Shown in pieces: positions 12,701-24,976 of a DNA stretch of 64,000 nucleotides; position 1 is the stretch's first letter; each line of letters opens with the position of its first letter. Both the position numbers and the translations under genes were made by a program. The DNA comes from Octopus bimaculoides (lineage: Eukaryota), in the NCBI RefSeq assembly GCF_001194135.2, contig NC_068996.1, positions 53,053,377-53,117,376 of the forward strand. Reading direction: 5' to 3'. The notes beneath the pieces were generated by a model. It had not been told where the DNA came from and did no database searches. It saw nothing but the letters and a program-made list of their open reading frames with translations.

Positions 12701-13117
12701 ATATTTCTGCGATGTATGTAACCATCATCACCAGTTTTAATCACTATATTAACCATTGAGTTTTACATTGAAGACATTTTAGTCCCCCCCCATTCTATTG
12801 TATTTCTTCACTCAGTCAGTATCATTCATTTGTGTGAAAGACAGAGACCAATTCTGTTAAGTCTGTTGCCAGTACCTAAATACTTAATCATGACCTGCAT
12901 TTCAGATGTCTTTTGTTTTAACCTCTCTAACACAATGCTCTAGTTGGTCACATAAAAATGGAATTCTAGATCCAATTTATAAATTCTGTAAGTGTAAACA
13001 ATTCAAATTTTAGGAAAAATATTTTGTGTTGTATCAGAGTATGGATGAGTGTATTTATGTTTCTTTGCTGTCTTTTTTATTTCTAAACAATCTGAAATAT
13101 ATTGTTTTTGCTTTCAG

Positions 13118-13195
13118 GAATTAAATTCTTCACAAGAAAAATTAAGATTAATGGAAGAAAACAACAAACCAGCTACTAAGTTAAAAATTATGGAA
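13118..13195 (+). CDS. CEP15: CEP15-like coding exon 3
   Basis: tttttgctttcAG acceptor; ELNSSQEKLRLMEENNKPATKLKIME; donor GTAAGT; phase 0 to 0. Confidence 0.8.
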
Positions 13196-13715
13196 GTAAG
13201 TAAGTTTACTGTTATTCATCATCATCATCATCCAGTGTTTTCAATCCGGGTTTTGTCCCTGTTAACGGGAATGGCTGGATCTACTTCAATGCCATAGCAA
13301 CCAAGGTAGGCAGGTGCAGCCCATCCCAACCTTTGGGCTGGCTGGTGCCCATTCTCCTTTGCTATCATGAGGCTTTTTTGAAGCTGGATTTTCTACGGGG
13401 AGCACGCCCTTGCTTACCCCCAACTTCAGTTTCTAGACAGGAGTGGTCCTGAGACCAAGGCCTCTACCATGATTTTTAAGAAATGTGATGGAAAACTAGC
13501 ACAGGAATGTAGGGATACTACTCCCTGAGACCCCTTTTGGAGCCCCACTACACTCTTAATGTTTTTGGCATTTATATACATATGATCTTGACTTCTTGCT
13601 TGATACTCACTGTAGTAACAAAATTGATTTGATCTATGGCTGAATTTATTAGAATATTCTAAAATTTACTGGTTTAAAACAAAGATTGAACTAAATAAAA
13701 AAATTATTTTTTCAG

Positions 13716-13787
13716 ACAAATTACTGGTCATTTGTGAATGTAATGAAACCGCTGTGGGAAAATGAAATCTTGACCATTCAGAAGTAA
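13716..13787 (+). CDS. CEP15: CEP15-like coding exon 4 (terminal, TNYWSFVNVMKPLWENEILTIQK*)
   Basis: ttattttttcAG acceptor; conserved TxYW...P.WE motif. The TAA at 13785-13787 overlaps a possible donor GAA|GTAAGA at 13784, so a further exon cannot be excluded. Confidence 0.75.
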   Translation, partial: TNYWSFVNVMKPLWENEILTIQK

Positions 13788-14129
13788 GAATGGAAACTGA
13801 TGGTTTGCACCACGAGGAAACCTATTTGTAATAGATTTACCAAATTTATATATGTTACCTGTTAAAGAACATAAAAATAGAAATACAAACTATGTGGAAA
13901 ACAAACACAGTTAATCTAGTTCTGAAATTTCAACCTGCCATCTTTTTGTATGCATTTTATACTCATGCACACACACTTTTGCATGCACACGCACGCACGC
14001 GCGCGTGCACACACACACACGCACACACATTCATACAGAGTATTAGAGGTATTTGAGGATATAGTAATTCAGTAAGACAATTCTAATTTAGCAAAAACGA
14101 AATGTATTTAATAAAATTTCGTGGACAAG

Positions 14130-14560
14130 TTCTCTGTAAGCTTTCTTCTAAGATTATTCTGTGACTCCACCTTCAGCTGCGATGATTGTTTCAATGCAGA
14201 ACCAGAATAGTTGACAAGCCTACACTGAATAGCTTTTACTTCAACTGGATAATGACAGCCTTCAGTGGAGCTATGGTATTGTGAGCATGTTGATTAGTCT
14301 CCCTTTAAACAACACTCCAAACGTAGCAGTCCATAGCAAGTTTGGAGTTACATTATCATAAAATTACTGAGACCCTGTGGAAAAATATGATATGACTTTC
14401 TTTACTCACCATTCCTAAAGCCATCACAATTTCTACAAACTCTGAGGACATCAGAAGCATCTGTACATAGCCATCTCTCATTTCTCTTGTTAGATTTTGG
14501 GTCTTGATGAACCAAAGCATGTCATGTTTGTGGAGGGGTTTTAATCTTGGCATGGATCAA
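14130..14560 (-). mobile_element. Tc1/mariner transposase relic
   Basis: VMALGMVSKESH, DCYVWSVV.RETNQHAHNT and IETIIAAEGG; same type as 2606-2960. Confidence 0.6.
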
Positions 14561-15237
14561 ATGGGTTTCTGTGTCTTTGCAGAATTGGTCTCACCTCAAT
14601 ACAAACGACTTGTATTGAATGTCCTCTGATAGTCCACTCTGACACCATAAGTTCTTTGGTGATGGCCCTTCTTGATGGGATCCATATCAATAAGGTTTTT
14701 AACCTGTTGGATGAGTTGCTGTTTCCTGATAGTTCATTGAGAATGAAGTGTATCAAAGAGAGGGGAGAGACCCCTAAACATTCTCACGAGAGGCTTCCAA
14801 TTCCATCTGAACTTTGTTTACCAAAGATCTTGCAACATATAAATTGTTGTCAATTATCTAAACTGTTGTTTCTCTCTCTCTATCTCATACACACACACAC
14901 ACACACACACACATGGAAACAATGACTGCATCTCTTTTCATCTCTTATGTTACCATTTTATCTATCATGGGGGTTTTCATTGGCCTGAAGAAAGTAATAT
15001 ACTGATAATTAAGTGTCCTCAAATACCCATATGTGCATCTACATGTTACCTTCACAAGACAGATGACATAAATAGTGGCCAAAACTATCTTATCTCTGAA
15101 ATTGCAGCTTATGAACTTTGTGTGTGTGGATGCATGTACATCTGTATTTACAAATGAAAGTACATACATATGTATGTATGAATATTAAGTATGTGGCCTC
15201 TGTATTGTAGCACTCCTAATCTCCCTGCAAACAGCCT

Positions 15238-15306
<69 letters not shown>

Positions 15307-16239
15307 ACAAGACAACTTCTACATGGTATCTCAAAAATTAAAGAAACACTGACCAATACTACCTCAAGTCATTCTTTTAGTCTTGTGTTATTTTGAGTGT
15401 TGCCAAGTGCCTCTCCTTGTATATTGTTAAATTATTAATTTCTTCACTAAATAAATACTACAGAAGTTTGCACTTCTGAAAACCAAATCAGTATTTACAA
15501 TAAACTATTGCTGGAAGCATTTTTGTGGCTTATTTGCTTCAAATATTTGTAAAATGTTCCTTGACACTCAGCAGTTCCATTACAGATGGCAAGAAATGAG
15601 TTGAATTGTATTCATAGAATAAAGTTATTTTGATGTTCATTCTGTGTTGCTCTGCATTCCTTTTGTACAGTGTCTCATTGTCTTGTACCGTTTCCTCGAT
15701 ATCTCTCATCTACCTTAGTTTCTCTCTGTCCCACTCTCTCTCTCTCTCTCTCTCTTCTTTACTCTTTCTCCCTCTCTGTCTCTTTCTCTATCTTCCTTTC
15801 CCTCTCAACCTCTCTCCCCATCTATCTATTTCACTCTCCCCTTTGATCTCTTTCTTATTACCTTGGTCTCTCTCTTATTCTCTCTCTATCCCCCCTTGAT
15901 CTCCCCCTCTCTCTCTTCTCCCACACAAACCTACAATAAACGACAATTATAACAACATCCTCAATAAGTCAATCAGGGAGCTTCCACATAATTGCTTGAC
16001 CTACAAAAAATCGAAGCCAAATGCCCCTCAGATTTGACCCTTCTATTTTAAGATTAGAGAAGACTATGCTGATAATGTGTATACAAAATGCCAGAATGGT
16101 CACAGCAAGAATGTCTTTTGGTAACAGGTCTGCTCAACCAGGAATGACATGGAGTTAAATTACAATTATCACTGCAACAAAGGTGTTCTCAACAAGCAAT
16201 CTTTGGCAAGGTTCTCCATCCTGCCATCATAACACTTAT

Positions 16240-16625
16240 CTACAGCATTCCATCAGTTACAACGATGAGGATGCCAGTTGATCCGATCAACGGAACAGCT
16301 CTGCCCGTGAAATGAACGTGCAAGTGGCTGAGCACTCCACAGACACGTGTACCCTTAACATAGTTCTCAGGGAGGTTCAGCGTGACACAGAGTGTAACGA
16401 GGCTGGCCCTTCGAAATACAGGTACAACAGAAACAGGAAGAAAGAGTGAGAGAAAGTTGTGGTGGAAGAGTACAGCAGGGTTCACCACCATCTCCTGCCG
16501 GAGCCTCGAGGAGCTTCAGGTGTTTTCGCTCAATAAACACTCACAACGCCCAATCTGGGAATTGAAACCGCAATCCTATGACCGCGAGTCCGCTGCCCTA
16601 ACCACTAGGCCACTGCGCCTCCACA
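16240..16625 (-). mobile_element. tRNA-derived SINE, family C variant with a replaced central module
   Basis: tRNA head at 16560-16625; 3' tail shared with the 22560 and 38115 copies; different middle. Confidence 0.75.
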
Positions 16626-17504
16626 ATAACACTTAACACAAGAAGGATACATAAGATGGTGTAGTCCTTGATACATTATACCTGAAAACAAAATGAGGTG
16701 ATCACAACTGAAGTGCTTTTGATCACGGGTTTGCCTGATCAGGATTGAACTGTAGCTAAACGACAGCTTCTTCAAGGAAGTTTGTTCATTTTATTTTACA
16801 CAAATCCAAAATTGATAGAAGAAAATCTAATAAAATCAAACTCTTCAATTCATTTGGAACAAAATTTTGCAATTATTTCTTTATTTTCAAAACTTGAAAT
16901 TAAAAATAAATTTATTTTATAGTTTAACAACAAAAAATATCAGCTTTGGTAAAGTATACAAAAGATTAATTTCTGTTTCGAAAGTAAATATTTGGGGTAT
17001 ATTTACTGTGATTTGGCCACCTCTGCTGACGCAGGGGTGGTGGTGTTACAGTTCAAGGTTAAAACACCTGATGATCGTTGGATACCATCTGATGATATCA
17101 ATTCCTCCTGGTCAAAGCTGCATTCACTTTGGTGAGTGGAAAAGAAACAGCTTCATCTAGATGTTATCAACATAACATAGTGTATAAATTATATAAATTA
17201 CATAAAAAATAAATCAAACATATAAAAACTCAATAAACTGTAAAAATATGCTCTTTCATAAATTCAATGTTTAAGAACAATTTTATGTCATGTCCACACA
17301 TTTTAAAACATGGTGCGGTGTTTTGTATTAAAATGCTGGGCTGCAGGGGTGTATGTAGAATGAAATGGTAAATGTGAAATACAAAAGTTTGAGTTTAGGT
17401 TAAGAAAAGGGCTTATGTAAGGCAGAGCCCATACCAGAAAAGTATTAGCAGCAACAACTTGAAGCCGGAGCCTTCATGAAAATAAAAATGCAAAAGCTTC
17501 CAAT

Positions 17505-17559
17505 TTATTCAGCACTGGATCCAATCATGGGTTTCAACAAGTCGTTTTGGTCCCATAAA
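17505..17559 (-). CDS. POLD4: POLD4 exon 4 (terminal)
   Basis: tttcatttcatttcAG acceptor; (S)LWDQNDLLKPMIGSSAE*; stop TAA at 17507-17505. Confidence 0.88.
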
Positions 17560-17654
17560 CTGAAATGAAATGAAACATTAATATAATATTTTTAGCAAAA
17601 TATTGATTTCAAATTTCAGCACAAGACAGAAGCTTTTTAAAGGAAGGTTTAAAT

Positions 17655-17875
17655 GATGCATGGGCAACCTGCAGCCTGTGGGCTCCATGTGGCCCTCAAC
17701 ATGTTGTTGTGCGGCCCTCAATGAGTTTCTAGGTTACTAATTAAGAAGAACTACAAAAAATTCAGTGTAAAGTGGGCAAGTAATATTTCATGTATATGTG
17801 TTTTATCATGTGGCCCTTTCCCACTTGGAAATGGTATGATGCGGCCCCCAGCTGATGAAGAGTTGCCCATCCCTG
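17655..17875. mobile_element. hAT-type MITE with a perfect 8-bp TSD
   Basis: TIR (ga)TGCATGGGCAAC / GTTGCCCATCCCTG; TSD GTTTAAAT at 17647-54 and 17876-83. Confidence 0.8.
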
Positions 17876-17879
17876 GTTT

Positions 17880-18722
17880 AAATCAATTACATCAACCCCA
17901 GTGTTCAAATGTTAGTTATTTTATCGACCCCAAAAGGACAAAAGGCAAGGCTAACTTCAGTGGAATTTGAACTCAGAATGTAACGAGCCAGAGAAAATGT
18001 CACTTAATCATTTCGTCCAATTCACTAACAAATCTTCAGCAAATACTGAAATATGTCAAAGAATTTGGAGGTAAGCACTGGCAGACTGCATCAGGAAGAC
18101 AGGAAGGACATAAAAATTCAAACAACACAATAAATTCTATGCCTTGTGCGAATTTGCAACGTAATCAGTCGAATGAACCCTGATGTTTATAACTAATATT
18201 AATTTTTACAAAACAGCAAAGTACATCTTGGCAGATATGGAATTAAACTTATAAGAGGAAGTAATGTAATATTCCTTTTTACTATATACATGTAGCAGCA
18301 AGAAATTTGGCGGGAGAGGGCGAGTTGATTATATTGACCCCCAGTGCTTAAATGGTACTTATTTTCTTAACCCCAAAAGGATGAAAGACAAAGTCAACCT
18401 TGGTGGAATTTGAACTCAGAACATAAAGACAGACGAAATGCTGCTAAGCATTTTTGCCTGGTGAGCTAACGATTCTGCCAGCTTGACACCTCAATGATGA
18501 TGATGATGATGGTTTCAAATTTTGCCACAGGGGCAGCAACTTTGGGGGAGGGGATAAACAAATTACATTGACCCCAGTGTTCAACTGGTACTTATTTTAT
18601 TGACCTTGAAATGGACGAAAGCAAAGTCAATCTCGGCGGAATTTGAACTCAGAATGTGAAGATACACAAAATACCACTAACATTTCGCCTGGCATGCTAA
18701 CGATTCTGCCAGCTTGCTACCT
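17880..18722 (-). mobile_element. Cluster of three family-B tRNA-derived SINEs (about 17880-18050, 18300-18495, 18515-18722) in POLD4 intron 3
   Basis: Repeated ...ACCCCAAAAGGATGAAAG.CAAAGTCAACC...GGAATTTGAACTCAG... module. Confidence 0.75.
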
Positions 18723-18777
18723 TTAATAATGATAATAATAATAATAACAACAACAACAACAATGATAATGTATATAC

Positions 18778-18889
18778 CTTGTGTTGAAGCTGGTGTCAGT
18801 GCCATGTTTCAAAATAATGTTTTTCACATCTTGTGGAGGATCAAGGGAAAATTTAGAAGCTCTTTCCCATCGTTCCAAACGGGTAATAC
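18778..18889 (-). CDS. POLD4: POLD4 exon 3
   Basis: ctactacAG acceptor; (G)ITRLERWERASKFSLDPPQDVKNIILKHGTDTSFNT; donor AG|GTATAT; phase 1 to 2. Confidence 0.93.
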
Positions 18890-19124
18890 CTGTAGTAGAA
18901 TGTTATTTAGTTAGATACATTATGTAGTATCCCTGACATAAATTAAAAACATTATCAAGTAATGCTGATAGAAAGAAGGTAGAGAGAGAGAGAGAGAGAG
19001 AGAGAGTCTGAAAGAGAGAGAGAGGGAGAGATTTCAGTGAAACTAAAGTTTATAGGTTGTTATGGAAGCTCTTAATCCTCCAAACAGTTAAAAGATAATC
19101 TATTTATGTTGATGGTGTTCCTAT

Positions 19125-19350
19125 CAATATATGGCCTAATGGTTAGGGTGTTGCACTCACAATCATGAGATCATGATTTCAATTCCTAGACTGATCGATG
19201 CATTGTGTTCTTGAGCAAAACACTTCCTTTCACGTTACTCTGCAATCACTTTGACACCTGACGTGCACCTATTCAGACAATATCAATTTGATGGAGGGAC
19301 AGGTGAGCTAATGCACAGCACTTACATTTGGTTGTCTTCAATGGGAGAGT
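19125..19350 (+). mobile_element. Family-C SINE head and central domain with a divergent tail
   Basis: TGGCCTAATGGTTAGG head, TTCAATTCC B-box, TTGTGTTCTTGAGCAA central motif. Confidence 0.55.
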
Positions 19351-19394
<44 letters not shown>

Positions 19395-19397
<3 letters not shown>

Positions 19398-20015
19398 TGC
19401 CATGCCACCCATACCCACCCATGCCAACCTTCCTTCATTGGACACTAAACTCAGGTTGCGAAGACCTGTTGGGGCAAGTGATTGAAACTGAACCAAATTT
19501 GATGACTGACACCCATGCCAGTGGAGTGCTAACAGCACCATCCGAGCATGATCACTGCCAGAGCAGCGGTCTCGCTCCCGTGCTGGTGGCACATAAAAAG
19601 TACCATTTGAGCACAACCGTTTTGAGCTTCGCTTTACTGGCACTCATGCCGGTGGCATGTGAACAAAACATTGGCTGACTCTTGTGCAGGTGGCACATAA
19701 AATACACCATTTTGAGCATGGCCATTGCCAGTACCACCTGACTGGCCTTTCTTGCCAGTGGCATGTAAAAAGCACCCACTACACTCTCGGAGTGGTTGAC
19801 ATTAGGAAGGGCATCCAGCTGTAGAAACTCTGCCAAATCAGATTGGAGTTTGGTGCAGCCATCCGGTTCACCAGTCCTCAGTCAAATCGTCCAACCCATG
19901 CTAGCATGGAAAACGGACGTTAAATGATGATGATGATCATCATCATCCTCATTTAACGTCCGTTTTCCATGTTAGCATGGGTTGGACGATTTGACTGAGG
20001 ACTGGTGAACCAGAT
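19395..20015 (+). mobile_element. RTE LINE 3' UTR copy ending in a fold-back inverted duplication
   Basis: Homologous to 1880-2605; 19861-19936 is mirrored by 19937-20015. Confidence 0.85.
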
Positions 20016-20310
20016 GGTGAACCAGTCTGCATTTTATTATATTTTCTAAATTTTCAAAAATCACTTAAAGATGTTACCTAGTAAAACAGTACAACAAAAA
20101 TAATGGATGCAAAACTATTGATTTATTATATAAAGCTAAAAATTGTAAAGGAAGGGAAATGTGATTGTCGAATATGCTTTTTCTTGAGGGAATCAACAAC
20201 AGAAGGGTACTAAAAATCAATATTGGGTTTCAGATTGAGCTTGTCACAAGATGAGCTTTTTCCTTCTATAGTACCTACCATATGAAAATATTAATAAAAT
20301 GCATTATTAA

Positions 20311-20600
20311 CCCATTACCTACCAGTGATCTCATATGAGATCACTTAAAAATTACAAATTTTGTAATTATCTGTCAATATTTACACATATCTAACCTTTT
20401 TACTGTATCTACTAGGTATATTTCTCTGATATTTAAATGAGATTTGCTAATTTATCACCCAATATCTCGCTTATTTCTATTTAAAATGTTATTTTGAAAT
20501 GTTATTTTGATCATTCCAGTGTGTTTCTAAGGCTGTTTTATGCTAGAAATCAAAGTTTCATGAAAAAATTCCAGTTAATAGAATTATGGGAAGTCATGGG
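20311..20600. mobile_element. piggyBac-like MITE (TTAA TSD)
   Basis: TTAA|CCCATTACCT...AAGTCATGGG|TTAA; internal 20-bp palindrome GTGATCTCATATGAGATCAC. Confidence 0.6.
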
Positions 20601-20659
20601 TTAAACTTGAAACAATATGATGGAAACAAAATTATACTAGAATCAGTTTTTTTGTTTAA

Positions 20660-20954
20660 CCTTTTAGCATTTAAACTGACCATATCCGGCCCAAATATTT
20701 TATCAGTCTTACATTCAAACTGGCCAGATATATCCTCTCAAACCTACCCTACAATGTCATTCTAAAAATAAACAATCACACCATCAAAATCTTGAAGCTA
20801 TGAGAAATTGTATGATTATTTCAAAACAATGTGGATAAATAGACATTTCATGTGACCGAGTGATTTGAATGCTAAAGGATTAAACTGATCATATCTGGTC
20901 CAAATATTCTACCTGTTTCAATGTATTTGACAGAATAATGTGAATGCTAAAGGG
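20660..20954. mobile_element. piggyBac-like MITE (TTAA TSD), 12 nt from the POLD4 exon 2 donor; same family at about 55115-55416
   Basis: TTAA|CCTTTTAGCATT...AATGCTAAAGGG|TTAA. Confidence 0.65.
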
Positions 20955-20970
20955 TTAATTATTCACATAC

Positions 20971-21054
20971 CACACATGGGACCATATTTCCAGTTTACAT
21001 CAAATTCAGTCAAAATTTTTAATTCATCAACATTGGAACTGGAAGGTTGAACAT
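20971..21054 (-). CDS. POLD4: POLD4 exon 2
   Basis: Long U-tract ...ttttctaattccAG; (D)VQPSSSNVDELKILTEFDVNWKYGPMC; donor GTATGT; phase 1 to 1. Confidence 0.93.
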
Positions 21055-21144
21055 CTGGAATTAGAAAAAAAAAATTGGAATAAAAAAAACAGTTTTAATC
21101 TTTTTGTTGACACACTGACTTTGTTTCAGTTTATTTTGAAAATA

Positions 21145-22045
21145 TGAAGAGGTATCAAAAAGTTCTGTAGTTCTAGTTCTGTAGCATGCCAACAGATGTC
21201 AGCACATGGCTGTGTGCACAATGAAAGCTAGCAGTGACCATCATGAGGCAGTGTGCCAAGTGACACCACGGTGTTTATTTCACAAGTGAAATTTGTATTT
21301 TCATGATCACATGTATGCTGTGTTTGTCTGTGATTTTTGTCAAAGACAGGAACAAAGAGCCAATGTGAAATTTTGTGTTAAACTTGGGAAATCTGCTACA
21401 GAGGCATTGATCATGCTTTGGCAAACTTACAGAGATGAGACAATGGGTTGTATGCAATGTTTCAAATGGCATGAGTGCTTCAAAAGAAACGGCAAAGCCA
21501 CAGTTCAATTAATAGCATGCTCATTGTTTTTTTTTTTTGACATCTGTGGTATTGTTTATCAAGAATTTGTACCCCAGGGTCGGACTGCCAATTGAGAGTT
21601 CTACTGTGATGTTTTGAAGTGTTTGAGGAAGGACATTTGGCGAAAGCAACCCTAATCGGTGGAGCACAAAGAATTGGATTCTTCATGATGACAATGCACC
21701 CATGTCACCAAACTCTCCTCACTCACGAGTTTCCCACCAAAAAACAACATCGCTTCTGCACCCACACTTTTCACCAGATTTAGCACCTACAGACTTCCAT
21801 CTCTTCTCCAAGATGAAAATGCAGCTTAATGATCACTATTTTAATACCATTGTCAAGATCAAGAGGGAATCACAGAAGGTCCTCAACTTGCTTACAGAAA
21901 ACAACTTCCAGGCCAGTTTCCAAAAGTGGTAGGAATGCTGGGACCAGTGTATTGCTGTGCAAGGTAACTATTTTGAACAGGATGGCATTAAAACTTAAGT
22001 AAATAAGTTGTTTTTTTTTATAAACATAACTAGTTCAGGAACTCA
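21145..22045 (+). mobile_element. Internally deleted mariner transposon
   Basis: EQRANVKFCVKLGKSATE (HTH), WILHDDNAP, SPDLAPTDFHLF, FQKW..CW..CI...GNYFE; degenerate TIRs. Confidence 0.88.
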
Positions 22046-22559
22046 AAGAGCTTTGAGATCAACCTCAACACCTGGGAAATGCAAGCATAAGAGTTACCCA
22101 CCTAGCGAAGATGCACCAATAAAGGTGTCACCTACTATGAACAGAACAGAATTGTGGGAGCACAAAGAAAACACGAACTACACAAGTCCAGAGTCAACTC
22201 TTTGCATTCAATCCTGAAAGACCACCAGTGCCCGACTCGTGACAAAGCCTTCCAAACATGCATCAAACTGTCTGACAGGCCGTATTTCGTCTTCTTATCC
22301 CATGTCCTTGATCATCGCTGACAACGATGGACAAACTAATAATAATAATAGGTCCCTGGACAAATCAATGTGCTGAGCCCTATATTATTTATTTATTCAC
22401 AGTAAGCCACAAAATATCTAAATCAGAATTGGGCCCCTACACCCCATGAGGCTCCCAGGCAAACTGCCAGTGTGCCCATGTTTTAAGACGATATTACTGG
22501 TGATTACATTTCCACAACTGAGCAGACTTATTAGGATATAATTATAGAATTGATGTTGG

Positions 22560-23075
22560 TTAAGAGGTGAAGGTGAGTGGCTTAGAGATTAGGGTATTCA
22601 GCTCATGATTAGGAATTAGGGTATTCAGGGTCACTAGTGTAGCTAGGTGGGAGAAGTAGGAGCAACACTTTCAAAGGGGCACCACTTTTGGGTCTGTTGT
22701 AGGCAATATGTATTTTTTGTGGGATCTGGGGGCAGCAAAAGGAAGGGCCACCCCAGGCCGCACACACTCTAGCTATGCTAGTGCACAGGGTCTAGGGGCC
22801 CAATTCTGATTTAGGTATGTTGTGACTTATTGTAAATAAGACACTTTATTTCACATTGCTCCAATCCACTCAGCTGGTACAAATGAGTTGTACCTGTAAT
22901 TTCAAAGGGCCAACTTTGACACATTCAGAGTCATGCTGACTCTTCCTAAGAACTACATTTGGGGTACATGTGTCTGTGGAGTGCTCAGCCACTCTCACAT
23001 TAATTTTAAGTAGGTTGTTCTGGTCATCAGATCAACTGGAACCCATGTCGTCATAACCGATGGAGTGCCACAGTA
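22560..23075 (+). mobile_element. Family-C SINE interrupted by a hAT-like MITE (22632-22783)
   Basis: MITE TIR CACTAGTGTAGCTAG / CTAGCTATGCTAGTG with imperfect 8-bp flanks (TTCAGGGT/CACAGGGT); the SINE body resumes at about 22830. Confidence 0.65.
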
Positions 23076-23759
23076 CGAGTGTTGGTAATGACAACGTCAA
23101 TGACCACCACAATCTTACATAAGATATTTAACTAGGAGTTATGTAATGACATATGCACAGATAAAAAATTAATAGTGGACTGAAATATGCCCTGCAATTG
23201 GAGAAAGAAAACTAAAATCCCCACCAGTAGATGTGAGTGAGTTTCAAAGTTTCAAAGAGAAAATTCATAGAAATTATGAATTAATTTTACAGAAAATTAA
23301 ATTTTCATGCCAAGGAGAGAAAAAAATCTTTTCTTTATTTGTGACAGCTACATATATTAAAATCTGCTACGATCAGAAGTGTTTTAATAATAACCAAGAT
23401 CAGGTCAAGGTACTGGCAACTCGGGTATCACCTGGGGTACCATGTGCTTTTTAGTCTACATTTTCAGTTTTTCTCCTTATGAAAGTTTTTTTAAATTATA
23501 CTTGTAATTGTGCCGAAGTTCAGCTTCCCCGGGGTGCCAGCAAGCAACCCTAAGGCCAGCCCTGATAATAACCATAATCTGTTTTTCAAGTATAATGTTA
23601 TCTAGAATTGCACAATAGTATGGTATTACATTTAAGATAGTAAGGAGTGACGAGAAGGAAGTTTGATTGGCTTTTGTTAAAAGATCAGTGACCATGTAAA
23701 GGTTTCCTCTTTGGTTCATGTTGAGTTAAACAGTAACAAAGAGTGCTTTTGTTTAAAAG

Positions 23760-24520
23760 GTATACAATCAAGACGAGTATGTCATCATATTACAGTATTT
23801 GTATAAAGTAGTTGATAATGAAAGCAAACTGATAGCCAAAACAATATCCATGGAAGCCAACATGGGAGCCTCTATGCCATCATTGTTTGAAATGGCAGCC
23901 AAATTTTTTACATCAACATCGAGGTCATAACATAGATTAAAACCAATAGCAGAAGGGGGTAGGGCTAGGTTTACCCAATTCAATACAGTGGACGTTTACC
24001 CATCTATGTCGAAGGAGTTCCTTTTTAAGGGATTGGATTTCGCTAGGTCTTACACTGAAGTTAGTGACGTGCATGTCAGAAGAACCCTACTCTTCCGTAA
24101 GGGGTGGGCCTTGGCCAAACGAACTGACCCAGAAGGCTCCTTTGACATAGGAACCGGGCACTTTTGACAGTGCTGACGTATGTGACCTTGCTGGTTTCTT
24201 CATCCTTGATTTGCTCAGAAAGAAGTTCACTTCCACTAGCATCGGTCTCTACAAGGATGAAGCACTGGCAATATAAAGAGGGGCAAATGGTCACATGCTA
24301 GATAAGCTTAGAAAGGACCACACCAGCACCATGAATTCCATTGGACTGAAAACGGTGGATTTCTTTGATATGCTCTGGACTTGGAGTCCGGTGCCTATAT
24401 ACCATTTAGGAGGTCAAATGAGAAACTATCATATTAACACAGGTTCCTGTTATCCAGTCATTGTTTTCAAGAATTTAGCAAAAGACATCAGCAGAAGAAT
24501 CTCTTAACCTATCTTTAACC
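23760..24520 (+). mobile_element. Penelope-like element RT relic, copy 1
   Basis: QFNTVDVYPSMSKE, DSADVCDLAGFFILD..GLYKDEALAI, SYINTGSCYP...NLAKDISRRIS are PLE RT motifs; frameshifted. Confidence 0.8.
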
Positions 24521-24976
24521 TATAAAAGACAAATTTGAAAATTTATGATTTTTTTAAACCCCACTCGCCATCCCTGATTGCTTCTGTTTATAATTTAAAA
24601 TATTAGAGAGCCTCAGGTCATTTCTGGCATTTATCCACAGTAACTTTTTTTTTATAAAAGGTATGTAAAAGATAATTCATTTTAATAACATATTTTTCTG
24701 TCAGAAAATGTCTTTTTCTTACACACAAGTGGCCTCGCTTAATTACGGTGGGAGTAAAAATTTTAATTACTATTGTTTTTGTTAATGCTTATATCCCACC
24801 AATGGAGCACGTGTGTGGTCCATTGGTATCATCATTGGGGGGCGGGGGGTAGTAAAAAAAAAATCATAAATTTTCCAAACTGTTCTTTCATAAAAAGATT
24901 CTTCCCATCATTTCGAAGACTGGAAAAATCCCCGTCAAAACGAAGAAATTCCAACTTATGTGGTCTTCTTGAACCG

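Larger units (their letters stand above)
9218..13787 (+). other. CEP15: Gene span (coding part): CEP15/C3orf14 (DUF4570)-like centrosomal/ciliary coiled-coil protein, 4 coding exons
   Basis: Joined exons give MSRKHCPTMLTEDLNKRLYQIQAKRQVLERLDEKEENQHEAFQQARKRNKQILLELNSSQEKLRLMEENNKPATKLKIMETNYWSFVNVMKPLWENEILTIQK* (103 aa). ARKRNKQILLELNSSQEKL and METNYWSFVNVMKPLWE resemble human C3orf14 AFKRNLSLLKDIEAAEKSL and LETRYWASVEEYIPKWE (recalled, not searched). All splice phases are consistent. Confidence 0.75.

Noticed and set aside
17040-17160. Double CTGATGA in the POLD4 3' region (snoRNA box C/D or extra exon?)
   Set aside because: Box spacing is too short for a C/D snoRNA; splicing from exon 3 gives an immediate stop; treated as 3' UTR.
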